45,423 nucleotides of DNA, taken from the IMG/VR virus record IMGVR_UViG_3300033273_000525, positions 1-45,423 of that record; one strand, written 5' to 3'. Positions 1 to 6,695 of this stretch are shown in pieces. The position numbers were made by a program, and so were the translations under genes. How positions within the stretch are numbered: the stretch's first letter is position 1; every line of letters begins with the position of its first letter. The notes beneath the pieces were generated by a model, which saw nothing but the letters and a program-made list of their open reading frames with translations, did no database searches and was not told where the DNA came from. This DNA is from a virus.

Positions 1-141
1 CCGTAGTAGAACTGCTCGCAGAACCACAGCAGAGCGTTGGTGTCGATGTCGTAGCTTGATTCGGTCCACGGTTTGAACCAGTCTTGATATTGAATGACTG
101 GCCGACAGCCTGATTGCCAAGCAACCGATCCACGATCCAGC
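1..141. repeat. Terminal direct repeat, copy 1 (identical to 45283..45423); circular-closure overlap
   Basis: Bases 1..141 are repeated exactly at 45283..45423. The repeat lies wholly inside a minus-strand coding frame. Confidence 0.95.
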
Positions 142-509
142 TCCCCGATGATGCGGCAAGCAGGACCGCCGGTGGAAAGCAGAATTTCGAACTCGGCAGA
201 CTCGAAAGTCTCGCCGGGAGAATGCCAACTAGAACGCACCAGCACGCTAAGCGGCAGTTCCTGAGCGTATTGAGTGACTGCATCTTGGAAAGCATCGGCG
301 GTAGAGCCGTCATTGCTCCAGGCAAGATCGGCCAGAATGTACTTTGCTTCCTCAGTCAGCGGCTGGCTTTGGTCAGCGTCCCAGCAGTGCAGCTCATAGA
401 GCGCTTCGATGGTTTGAGCGTGGCCGGTAGCGTTGCGCTCGGCGTGGTTGGTCTGTTGTGGTTGAGTTGTTGTCACGGTGCCGTAGGTGTGGCGAATGGA
501 CTCCTCCAC
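1..509 (-). CDS. Hypothetical protein, junction-spanning ORF (about 171 aa; the last codons and stop lie at 45276..45282 on the circle)
   Basis: The minus frame is open from the window edge up to GTG at 509 (GGAG 11 nt upstream; alternative GTG at 476). Protein-like acidic, Trp-rich sequence ...ILLSTGGPACRIIGELD...WFCEQFYYGE. Absent from the ORF track because it runs off the window edge. Confidence 0.55.
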   Translation of the reverse strand, partial: MEESIRHTYGTVTTTQPQQTNHAERNATGHAQTIEALYELHCWDADQSQPLTEEAKYILADLAWSNDGSTADAFQDAVTQYAQELPLSVLVRSSWHSPGETFESAEFEILLSTGGPACRIIGELDRGSVAWQSGCRPVIQYQDWFKPWTESSYDIDTNALLWFCEQFYY

Positions 510-543
510 TATGAACCACGCTCCAGGGATCCGTCAAGCGGTG

Positions 544-573
544 TCCGAAAATTCCAATATATCCGAAAATTCC
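544..573. promoter_or_regulatory. Two direct copies of TCCGAAAATTCC (544..555, 562..573) in a divergent intergenic region; candidate operator
   Basis: Exact 12-mer repeated with 18-bp periodicity. The copies flank AATATA (TATATT on the minus strand, -10-like). Confidence 0.4.
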
Positions 574-624
574 GGTCTCTCCTATTCTGTTGTGCTAGGG
601 TAGCGGTGTTCTGCCACCACACCT

Positions 625-855
625 ATGGCCGATCCTTCTGACGTACCAAGCATGAGGAGCACCTCTGGTTTGGGATACCTGCAAAAGCACATGCTGACCT
701 TTTGCCGCAAGTATCCCGGACACCACACAATCGCAACCGATCGCCAAACCGTGAATGTTGCTAAATCGCTCCAGCGGCGGGGACTGCTTTACATAACCGA
801 CTGCGGTATGTGTACCGCCACTGGAAAGACTGTCTTTATGGTTTCAGCACTGTGA
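625..855 (+). CDS. Hypothetical small protein (76 aa), possible winged-helix
   Basis: ATG ORF after the divergent intergenic region. Its stop overlaps the next start (GTGA). Segment TVNVAKSLQRRGLLYI is wHTH-like. Confidence 0.5.
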   Translation: MADPSDVPSMRSTSGLGYLQKHMLTFCRKYPGHHTIATDRQTVNVAKSLQRRGLLYITDCGMCTATGKTVFMVSAL

Positions 856-1217
856 CATCAAGAGAAATAGAGCAGCGGCACTCCGTCATCCGTGGATGGC
901 TGGAGACTGGTGCGTCCCACGCCACCGTGGCAACCATGATCTGCGCCCGCTTTGCCGTCAGTCGCTCCACCGCATACGAAGACATCAAGAAAGTCCAACC
1001 GCTTGTTGATGCCTCAGATGACGGACCAAGCACTGAGGAAACCTCAGAACCCGACCTGAATGGCGTGCTTGGAATGCTGCAGCATCAGTTCAACATCGCA
1101 GCCGCTAATGGTGACGTCCCAGCCATGACCAAGCTGGTGGCCGCTATTGACAAGGCCAAAAAATGGCAAGGCTATTCGCTATCGATCCAAGGCTCAGCCA
1201 ACAACGGTTACGTCTAG
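852..1217 (+). CDS. HTH DNA-binding protein (121 aa)
   Basis: In-frame GTG at 852 overlaps the upstream TGA. HTH-like segment SHATVATMICARFAVSRSTAYEDIKKV. Confidence 0.55.
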   Translation: MTSREIEQRHSVIRGWLETGASHATVATMICARFAVSRSTAYEDIKKVQPLVDASDDGPSTEETSEPDLNGVLGMLQHQFNIAAANGDVPAMTKLVAAIDKAKKWQGYSLSIQGSANNGYV

Positions 1218-1227
1218 CGGCTGAGAC

Positions 1228-2034
1228 TCACGCGACTAAAGCTGAGAAGTAGGACTCGCAACGCTCCAGGAATCTGGATTCGCAGCCTCTGATCTCCAGG
1301 TCTGAAAGCTCTCGGACCTGGGGAGCACCTGTGCGACGTGCCACCACAATCACACCGCCTTTTGCGCGAATGCCTGTTAGCTCACGCAGGCCAAGGGAAT
1401 ACGCTCCAAGCTGATCCTGGTAGTTGACCAGCATTTCTTCGCTGCGTTCGCGTTGACTGGTTTTCCAGTCGACTATGAATGGCCCTTTTCCCTGGATGTC
1501 GAGGAGGGCGTCACACGTTCCAGCAAATCCGGCGTCGTGATGAATGGAAAATTCGACGGCATGAATGGCGGTTACGTTCTTGCCGATCCAGCCGCGGAGT
1601 CCTCGGGCGTAGCCAGCGGCGCTCCAGGGGACCCGTGGAGCCGCCTGTATCGAGCGTTCGATGCCCCAGGCGGTGATGGAGCCGGGGCAACGTTCCAGGC
1701 CGTCTTTAGAGGTCTTCCAGACGTTGCGCTTGTTGGCGGCTTTTCTTGCTAACTGTGCGCCGGTTTTGAGGATGTATTCGGCGTGGTTGTGGGCAAGGGT
1801 TCCGCGTGTTGCAGCGGTTTCCCGATCTTGTTCGCTGCCAGGACGAGCCAGCCAACGTTCCAGGCGCTCTTTTTGCTCAGGCGGCGCCGTAGCTCCCAAT
1901 ATGTGGGTGACGCTGTGGTAAATGCTGCCAGTGTGGTCCCGATAAACGCGCCAGTTGAAATCGGTTCCAGAGTCATCACGTACCAGGGAACTTTTGCGTA
2001 ACTTACTCAGCTTTTCCTGTGCTCCATTTGCCAT
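1228..2034 (-). CDS. PD-(D/E)XK family exonuclease (RecB/lambda-Exo-like)
   Basis: 268 aa. Motifs GTCDALLDI, FIVDWKTS (D/ExK) and QLGAY (QxxxY). No C-terminal Cys cluster, so not Cas4-type. Confidence 0.8.
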   Translation of the reverse strand: MANGAQEKLSKLRKSSLVRDDSGTDFNWRVYRDHTGSIYHSVTHILGATAPPEQKERLERWLARPGSEQDRETAATRGTLAHNHAEYILKTGAQLARKAANKRNVWKTSKDGLERCPGSITAWGIERSIQAAPRVPWSAAGYARGLRGWIGKNVTAIHAVEFSIHHDAGFAGTCDALLDIQGKGPFIVDWKTSQRERSEEMLVNYQDQLGAYSLGLRELTGIRAKGGVIVVARRTGAPQVRELSDLEIRGCESRFLERCESYFSALVA

Positions 2035-2180
2035 GTTTGGATAAGCTGATTGACCTTTGGTGGGACTAGATGGTGTGAGCTTACCCAGCCAAATTGGTCG
2101 CCTACCGATATACGAACCATGCCGTCATCTGTATTAGTGATTACAGGTTCAGGTGCTTTGCTTTCGGCCATACGTTCCAT
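2007..2180 (-). CDS. Small hypothetical protein (57 aa, below track cutoff)
   Basis: ATG at 2180. MERMAESKAPEPVITNTDDGMVRISVGDQFGWVSSHHLV... Overlaps the nuclease start by 28 nt and the upstream small ORF by 32 nt. Confidence 0.35.
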   Translation of the reverse strand: MERMAESKAPEPVITNTDDGMVRISVGDQFGWVSSHHLVPPKVNQLIQTWQMEHRKS

Positions 2181-2322
2181 GGTTTTTATACAGCTGGTAT
2201 AAGCCGCAGAAGCGTCCGTGGAAAGGGTGTTCCGGCATATATCGCAGGTCTGCTTGGTAAAGACGTTCCAGGTATTCCGTTCGTGCCTGTTGTTCTTTTA
2301 CGTCTTCCGCTCCGTAGGCCAT
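2149..2322 (-). CDS. Small hypothetical protein (57 aa), possibly leaderless
   Basis: Internal ATG at 2322 of track ORF 2149..2394 (MAYGAEDVKEQQARTEYLERLYQADL...). The longer version would begin upstream of a terminator. A -10 element lies 4 nt before this ATG. Confidence 0.4.
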   Translation of the reverse strand: MAYGAEDVKEQQARTEYLERLYQADLRYMPEHPFHGRFCGLYQLYKNHGTYGRKQST

Positions 2323-2326
2323 GCAA

Positions 2327-2354
2327 ATACTATTTCCCAAATTGATATTAACAA
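2327..2354 (-). promoter_or_regulatory. Sigma-70-type promoter candidate, TTGTTA-16 nt-TAGTAT
   Basis: Minus-strand -35 at 2354..2349 and -10 at 2332..2327. It follows the terminator at 2350..2386 directly. The ATG at 2322 lies about 5 nt past the -10. Confidence 0.4.
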
Positions 2355-2386
2355 GAAAAAGCCGCCGGTGCTCGAATACCGACGGC
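2350..2386 (-). terminator. Intrinsic terminator, minus-strand specific
   Basis: RNA GCCGUCGG-N10-CCGGCGGC followed by UUUUUCUUGU. The U-G wobble pair would be a C-A mismatch on the + strand. Confidence 0.6.
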
Positions 2387-2420
2387 CCATGCACCCCAAC
2401 CTTTTATAGGTTAGTACAAA

Positions 2421-2540
2421 TTACCGGGTGTAGCAAACACCTCGGTAACAAAGATTGGCGGTCTTTGCGATTGCGTTTTGAGCAGTTTGAAGTGCTTGCT
2501 TCTTTTGCTGCTGCTTTTGAATGAGGCTGAGAACGTTCAT
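2421..2540 (-). CDS. Possible 39-aa peptide between the two terminators
   Basis: ATG at 2540, TAA at 2421..2423. MNVLSLIQKQQQKKQALQTAQNAIAKTANLCYRGVCYTR. No SD sequence, so very uncertain. Confidence 0.2.
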   Translation of the reverse strand: MNVLSLIQKQQQKKQALQTAQNAIAKTANLCYRGVCYTR

Positions 2541-2603
2541 GGGTTTGGTAGCAACGGTTACTGAATAGCCTATATATCTTGTTGCAGAGGTGGTGTTCGT
2601 CCC

Positions 2604-2637
2604 AGCACAACAAAACCCCTAGCCGAAGCCAGGGGTT
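2604..2637 (-). terminator. Intrinsic terminator with cUUCGg tetraloop, minus-strand specific
   Basis: RNA AACCCCUGGC-UUCG-GCUAGGGGUU followed by UUGUUGUG. The G-U pair would be A-C on the + strand. Confidence 0.65.
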
Positions 2638-2919
2638 CTGAAGCTTGTTCTGGCCTGTAGTCAGACTCAACTGGCTTGTAACGGGCAACAGACCTAAACG
2701 GGCGCTGACTGCTACAAGAGAGTCGTGTGGTGGCTACAGGAGAGAACCAGATGCTGCACATAATGACCAGTCGAGCACGGCTAGTCAGTCCAACCGGTGA
2801 TGAAGCGGATGGTATGTGATCATTAGTGGACCTCCAGGTTTCCCCTTTGGCGCTAATGGCAATGGCGTCACAAGGGCACGAAGTCCGCCGCAACGAAATT
2901 GCTCAAAAAGCATAGCACA
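2638..2919 (-). ncRNA. Candidate structured RNA, or a long structured 3' UTR of the SSB-like gene
   Basis: No credible ORF. Nested helices at 2654-2660/2734-2740, 2664-2668/2720-2724 and 2675-2680/2713-2718. Ends at the terminator at 2604..2637. Confidence 0.3.
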
Positions 2920-3507
2920 TCAGTCAGCCTTGAATGGGTGGCCGCCAGTGAGAAGGCGGCTGATATCAAAGCCGTTGCTGACCGCTTCGTTCCAGGCAGC
3001 ATCCACTGCGGCTTGGCTGTCTTTCTTGCGGGGCACGGGGCGCAGGCCGTACATGTCAGGTGAGACGGTGGCTGCCTTCGTCATGATGAAGTCCCACTCG
3101 GTCATGTCGGCGTACTCCTCGACTTGAGAGATCTCGTCGAGTTCTTTTTGCAGACCTTTTTGGGTCATGCTCAGCACTTGAATGCGCTTGATGTCGAAGT
3201 TGTAGATCGGCATTGCAATCGCAAACTTCTGCGGCTCTTCCGTTCCATCGTCTTTGAGGCGGCGGCGGTAGTTAGCGCCCATCTCCTGCTCGATCTCGTC
3301 GGCAGATGCTTCAGCGGCAAAACGGAACGGCTTGCCTTTGCCGGTTTCGTCTTCGCCCCAGACCTCGAAGTAGCAGAGGGGTTCGTTCGCCAGAATTGCA
3401 AAACGCACTTGGCCGTCAGCCTTGATCTTGCTGGGGCTCAGGTAGTCGTTTCGGCTGCCACCGCCGCCTTTGAAGGCGTCACTGTGTTCCTTGGGGATGA
3501 AGCTCAT
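2920..3507 (-). CDS. Putative ssDNA-binding protein (T7 gp2.5 / DUF669-like); function tentative
   Basis: 195-aa clean ORF. Sits in a replication/recombination module with the nuclease. The family assignment comes from remembered sequence pattern only. Confidence 0.7.
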   Translation of the reverse strand: MSFIPKEHSDAFKGGGGSRNDYLSPSKIKADGQVRFAILANEPLCYFEVWGEDETGKGKPFRFAAEASADEIEQEMGANYRRRLKDDGTEEPQKFAIAMPIYNFDIKRIQVLSMTQKGLQKELDEISQVEEYADMTEWDFIMTKAATVSPDMYGLRPVPRKKDSQAAVDAAWNEAVSNGFDISRLLTGGHPFKAD

Positions 3508-3544
3508 GGTTTAGATGCTGCGGGCTAAGCCCAGTGCAGTGTCC

Positions 3545-3572
3545 AGTGTAGTAATTCTGCGGGGTTTGACAA
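3545..3572 (-). promoter_or_regulatory. Promoter candidate for the SSB operon, TTGTCA-16 nt-TACACT
   Basis: Minus-strand -35 at 3572..3567 and -10 at 3550..3545, about 38 nt upstream of the ATG at 3507. Confidence 0.4.
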
Positions 3573-3584
3573 CCTTCGTAGAAT

Positions 3585-3619
3585 AAAAAAACCCCCAGTG
3601 CCCACCACGGCAGCTGGGG
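3585..3619 (-). terminator. Terminator-like hairpin with U7 tract (minus-strand reading)
   Basis: 10-bp stem 3593-3602/3609-3619 with one bulge. A7 at 3585..3591 reads as U7 on the minus strand. Lies upstream of the SSB promoter, so possibly an insulator. Confidence 0.45.
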
Positions 3620-3627
3620 ATTTGGAT

Positions 3628-3660
3628 GGTCCCGTTTGGGACCCGTTTTGTAGTTCTTTG
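3628..3660 (+). terminator. Terminator/attenuator-like hairpin in the primase leader
   Basis: GGTCCC-GTTT-GGGACC followed by CGTTTTGTAGTTCTTTG, about 13 nt before the primase ATG. An alternative GGGA/TCCC pairing (3617-3620/3630-3633) competes with it. Confidence 0.45.
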
Positions 3661-3672
3661 AGACTGTAACAG

Positions 3673-6087
3673 ATGTCGAAGCTTCCCGCCTTCGTTCGCT
3701 CACTTCCTGCTGCCTGGGCTACATGCCCCATCTACGGCAAAGGCGTCAAGCTTCCCTCCGGTAAAGAGGCTTGCGGCAAATCTCCTCTTGGTAAGACGCA
3801 CCACGAAGATTGGTCTCCCGCTGAGACGGCGCTGCATATTGAGCGTCACCCTGATGAGTTCAAAGCTGTTGGTGTCTTCACCGGACCACGCAGCAATGGC
3901 TTGGTCATCCTCGACATTGACGCCAACCTGGCTCAGCTGAAAAAGAAGTGGGGCAAAGACCTCAAGGCTGCGCCGGTTGTTGAGTCAACCAAGTTAAATG
4001 CAGCCAAGTACCTCTTTTACGTCCCACGCGAATACTGGGGTGAGGTTGATGGCCTGAGCCTTAGCGCCACCAAAGAAGGCTGGGAAGTTCTGTGGGGCCG
4101 TCAGGGGCTTGTAGGCGGCGCTTACAAGGATCAGGGTGTCTATACGCAGGAAGGCGACTTCGAGGCGATTCCAGAGGCTCCTGAGTGGCTTCTGGCATAT
4201 ATGAAGGAGTCTTTTCGCGGCAAGCAAAAGACTGGCGAAGGCAAAAAGGATCCGCGTTACGGGATGCGATCCACCGAGGAGCTTTGCCTGATCGTTAAAA
4301 ACTGCCTTTCGGTGATTCGGCCACAGGGTCGCGGTAGTGAAGACCAGTGGTGGCGCATTGGCGCAATGATCCACTCTGAGCTTCCTGGTGATGAGGGGCT
4401 CGACCTGTGGCGTGAGTGGTCGAAGCGGGACGATGAGTACCTCGATGACTGGGAAAACAACGATCCATGCGCTGATCGCTGGGAATCAGGTTTTAAGTCA
4501 GGCGGTGGGCTTGGTCTGGGCAGCTTGATTTCGCTGGCTGATCACTACGACCCAGATCGAAATCGGTTTGTCAATGATCAGGCGGCGAAGCAGGTCATTG
4601 ATGAGATCAATCAGATGGCGGTTTCGTTCCGTCAATCTGTGCTGCCGTTTGAGCAGGTTATTGAGAAGGCCAAGAAATACCTGGAGCTGGATAACCCGGC
4701 TGAGATGAATTACAACCTGAATAACTTGGCGCTCCAGGCTGGTTATCGGGACCAGCTTTCGCTGGAAAAATTGATTGTTGATCAGATCCAGTTCGAGGGG
4801 GCGAAGGGGTTAATGGGTGCTCAGGATCTGATGGACAGTGATCAGGAACGCAACTACCTGATTCCTGATGTGTTGCCGCATCCGTCAGTGGTGCTGATTT
4901 ATGGCGCTGGTGGCGATGGCAAGTCCATGTCGGCTTGGACTATTGCGAAACACATTGCGACTGGTGCTCCCTTCATCGTCAGGGGTAAACCCGTTCCAGT
5001 CCAGAAAGGTCCGGTGCTGCTGCTGAATGGTGATCAGCCGCTGGTGCAGCTCAAAGAGCAGCTTCAGGAGGTTGACTACCCGGTGGATAGCGAGACGTTC
5101 ATTCAGACCGACTGGGCGCTCCAGCGGTACGCGCAGTTCGTAAAGCTGATGCACGACATTCAGCCGAAGCTGGTGGTCATTGACTCGCTGATCGGCTGTA
5201 GCGGTGGCCGTGCCTTTGACGAGAACAAGTCGGACTTCGCTACGCCGCTGTACTGGCTGACGCGGAACAACGGTGTGCTGTTCCCGGCGACCACGATCCT
5301 GATCGTTCACCACGCCAATAAGCAGGGCGGCTTCAGGGGCACCTCAGCCATCCGTGACGCTGTGGATGAGACCTGGGCACTTAAGAAGCCCTCGAAGGAG
5401 CAGGTGGAGAAGGGCAACGCTCCAATGCACTCTCGGATCATCACCATCGAGAAGAGCCGCTCTGGGCGCTCTGGCACCTCTCTGATGATGCAGATGGAGG
5501 CTGACCTCAGCTTCTCCATCAGCGACTTCACCCCGGAGATCGACGCGAGCAACACCGCTCCAAGCGGGATTACGGATCGGGTGCTTCAGCGGTTGCGTGT
5601 GATCCACCCTCGAACCGCTACGCGCAGCGACCTCAACGCTGATCCGATTGTTGGCGGCAAGGTGGCGGCAATTCGTAAATCGCTCCAGCGCCTTGAGAAG
5701 CGTGGGTTGATTGAAGTGGTTGGTTCCGTTCCAGCCGGTGACGGGAGAAATACTTCTTATGCCTATAGAGCAGTTCTCGCGTGCGGGGACTTGCGAGAGA
5801 GTGTCCCAACAAAGCAAACCCCTTCTGCTGGAACGGATGAGGGATGGGACACCCCGGAAGAAAAAACGGAAGTGTCCCAGGTAGATAATGAAGCCCTTGG
5901 TTCGTCTGATCTGCATGGGACACCTCCTGAAAAAAATAAGCAGTGTCCCACCCAAGAACCTAGTGCTGAAGAGGGAAGTGCCTTAATGGGACAGCCTGAG
6001 CAATATCCCCGCGCGAGGGGCGAAGAGCGCACCAGCGATGAGTTGAATGCGTATCGGGACCAGGCTTGGGGGATGTGGGACGTATGA
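3673..6087 (+). CDS. Primase-polymerase / PriCT-2 / RepA-type (RecA-fold) helicase fusion
   Basis: 804 aa. AEP motif LVILDIDAN, PriCT-like WWRIGAMIHSE, Walker A GAGGDGKS, Walker B LVVIDSL. C-terminal wHTH-like region followed by an acidic tail. Confidence 0.9.
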   Translation: MSKLPAFVRSLPAAWATCPIYGKGVKLPSGKEACGKSPLGKTHHEDWSPAETALHIERHPDEFKAVGVFTGPRSNGLVILDIDANLAQLKKKWGKDLKAAPVVESTKLNAAKYLFYVPREYWGEVDGLSLSATKEGWEVLWGRQGLVGGAYKDQGVYTQEGDFEAIPEAPEWLLAYMKESFRGKQKTGEGKKDPRYGMRSTEELCLIVKNCLSVIRPQGRGSEDQWWRIGAMIHSELPGDEGLDLWREWSKRDDEYLDDWENNDPCADRWESGFKSGGGLGLGSLISLADHYDPDRNRFVNDQAAKQVIDEINQMAVSFRQSVLPFEQVIEKAKKYLELDNPAEMNYNLNNLALQAGYRDQLSLEKLIVDQIQFEGAKGLMGAQDLMDSDQERNYLIPDVLPHPSVVLIYGAGGDGKSMSAWTIAKHIATGAPFIVRGKPVPVQKGPVLLLNGDQPLVQLKEQLQEVDYPVDSETFIQTDWALQRYAQFVKLMHDIQPKLVVIDSLIGCSGGRAFDENKSDFATPLYWLTRNNGVLFPATTILIVHHANKQGGFRGTSAIRDAVDETWALKKPSKEQVEKGNAPMHSRIITIEKSRSGRSGTSLMMQMEADLSFSISDFTPEIDASNTAPSGITDRVLQRLRVIHPRTATRSDLNADPIVGGKVAAIRKSLQRLEKRGLIEVVGSVPAGDGRNTSYAYRAVLACGDLRESVPTKQTPSAGTDEGWDTPEEKTEVSQVDNEALGSSDLHGTPPEKNKQCPTQEPSAEEGSALMGQPEQYPRARGEERTSDELNAYRDQAWGMWDV

Positions 6088-6383
6088 AGCAGACAGGTTT
6101 CTGTAAAACACCGTGGGCTCTCAACGAGGGAGCCCCTCGCAAAATCTTTCGGCCTGAAACGGCTCAAGAACGTGATGAGTTATTCAGACAGAAGATGCAA
6201 AACCTGATCAACTCCTTTGGCTACCCTCCGAAATCCTGCTACTTACCTGATTACGAGACAACCAAGCTCAAGGACGGGACGGTGAAGCTCAAAAAGCGCA
6301 CGCAGGCCCCTAAACAAATCGCCTTTGATTACGGCGATGAGCAGGAAGCTTGGGTATTGTTCTGGCAGTCAATTCCCGATTAA
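6084..6383 (+). CDS. Hypothetical protein (99 aa)
   Basis: ATG at 6084 overlaps the helicase stop (ATGA). In frame with track ORF 6066..6383. Confidence 0.6.
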   Translation: MKQTGFCKTPWALNEGAPRKIFRPETAQERDELFRQKMQNLINSFGYPPKSCYLPDYETTKLKDGTVKLKKRTQAPKQIAFDYGDEQEAWVLFWQSIPD

Positions 6384-6401
6384 CTACTACAACAGAAACT
6401 T

Positions 6402-6695
6402 ATGGCCTACGACATTAAGATCCCTGAATCGGTTCTCACTGCTGCTGATCGACTTTCACTGAAAGACTTACTGGACTCGCCTTCGTTCCAGTGCTTCCTG
6501 GTTAGTGCCCTCGGCAATAGCATTCAAAACTTCCACAAGTTTTCGGATGTCACGGATGAGCGTGACGAGTTTTTGATGTTCCGTCTGGATCAACTCTTCA
6601 AGAGCATTCCTTACGACACACGCAGGGCCTGTTTCGATGAGGTGGGACGTCTGTACCGGGAACGTCGTGAGGAACGGGAAGAACGGCGTTATTGA
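6402..6695 (+). CDS. Hypothetical protein (97 aa)
   Basis: ATG ORF with protein-like composition. Its 3' end overlaps the convergent NblA-like ORF by 7 nt. Confidence 0.6.
   Translation: MAYDIKIPESVLTAADRLSLKDLLDSPSFQCFLVSALGNSIQNFHKFSDVTDERDEFLMFRLDQLFKSIPYDTRRACFDEVGRLYRERREEREERRY

Noticed and set aside
114-641. Track ORF, + strand, 175 aa
   Set aside because: Its composition is Arg/Ser/Cys/Gly-rich and has no motif. It lies exactly antisense to a much more protein-like minus-strand frame that continues across the circular junction. I treat it as a shadow ORF.
2404-2893. Minus-strand track ORFs 2404..2688 (94 aa) and 2570..2893 (107 aa)
   Set aside because: Both read straight through a strong intrinsic terminator hairpin. 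Their composition is Cys/Arg/Ser-rich. The region is better explained as non-coding structured RNA.
3566-3584. TTGACA and TAGAAT as a single consensus promoter
   Set aside because: The two hexamers are only 7 nt apart, far from the 16-18 nt spacing required. TTGACA is more likely the reverse complement of the -35 (TTGTCA) of the leftward SSB promoter, and TAGAAT at most a stand-alone -10.
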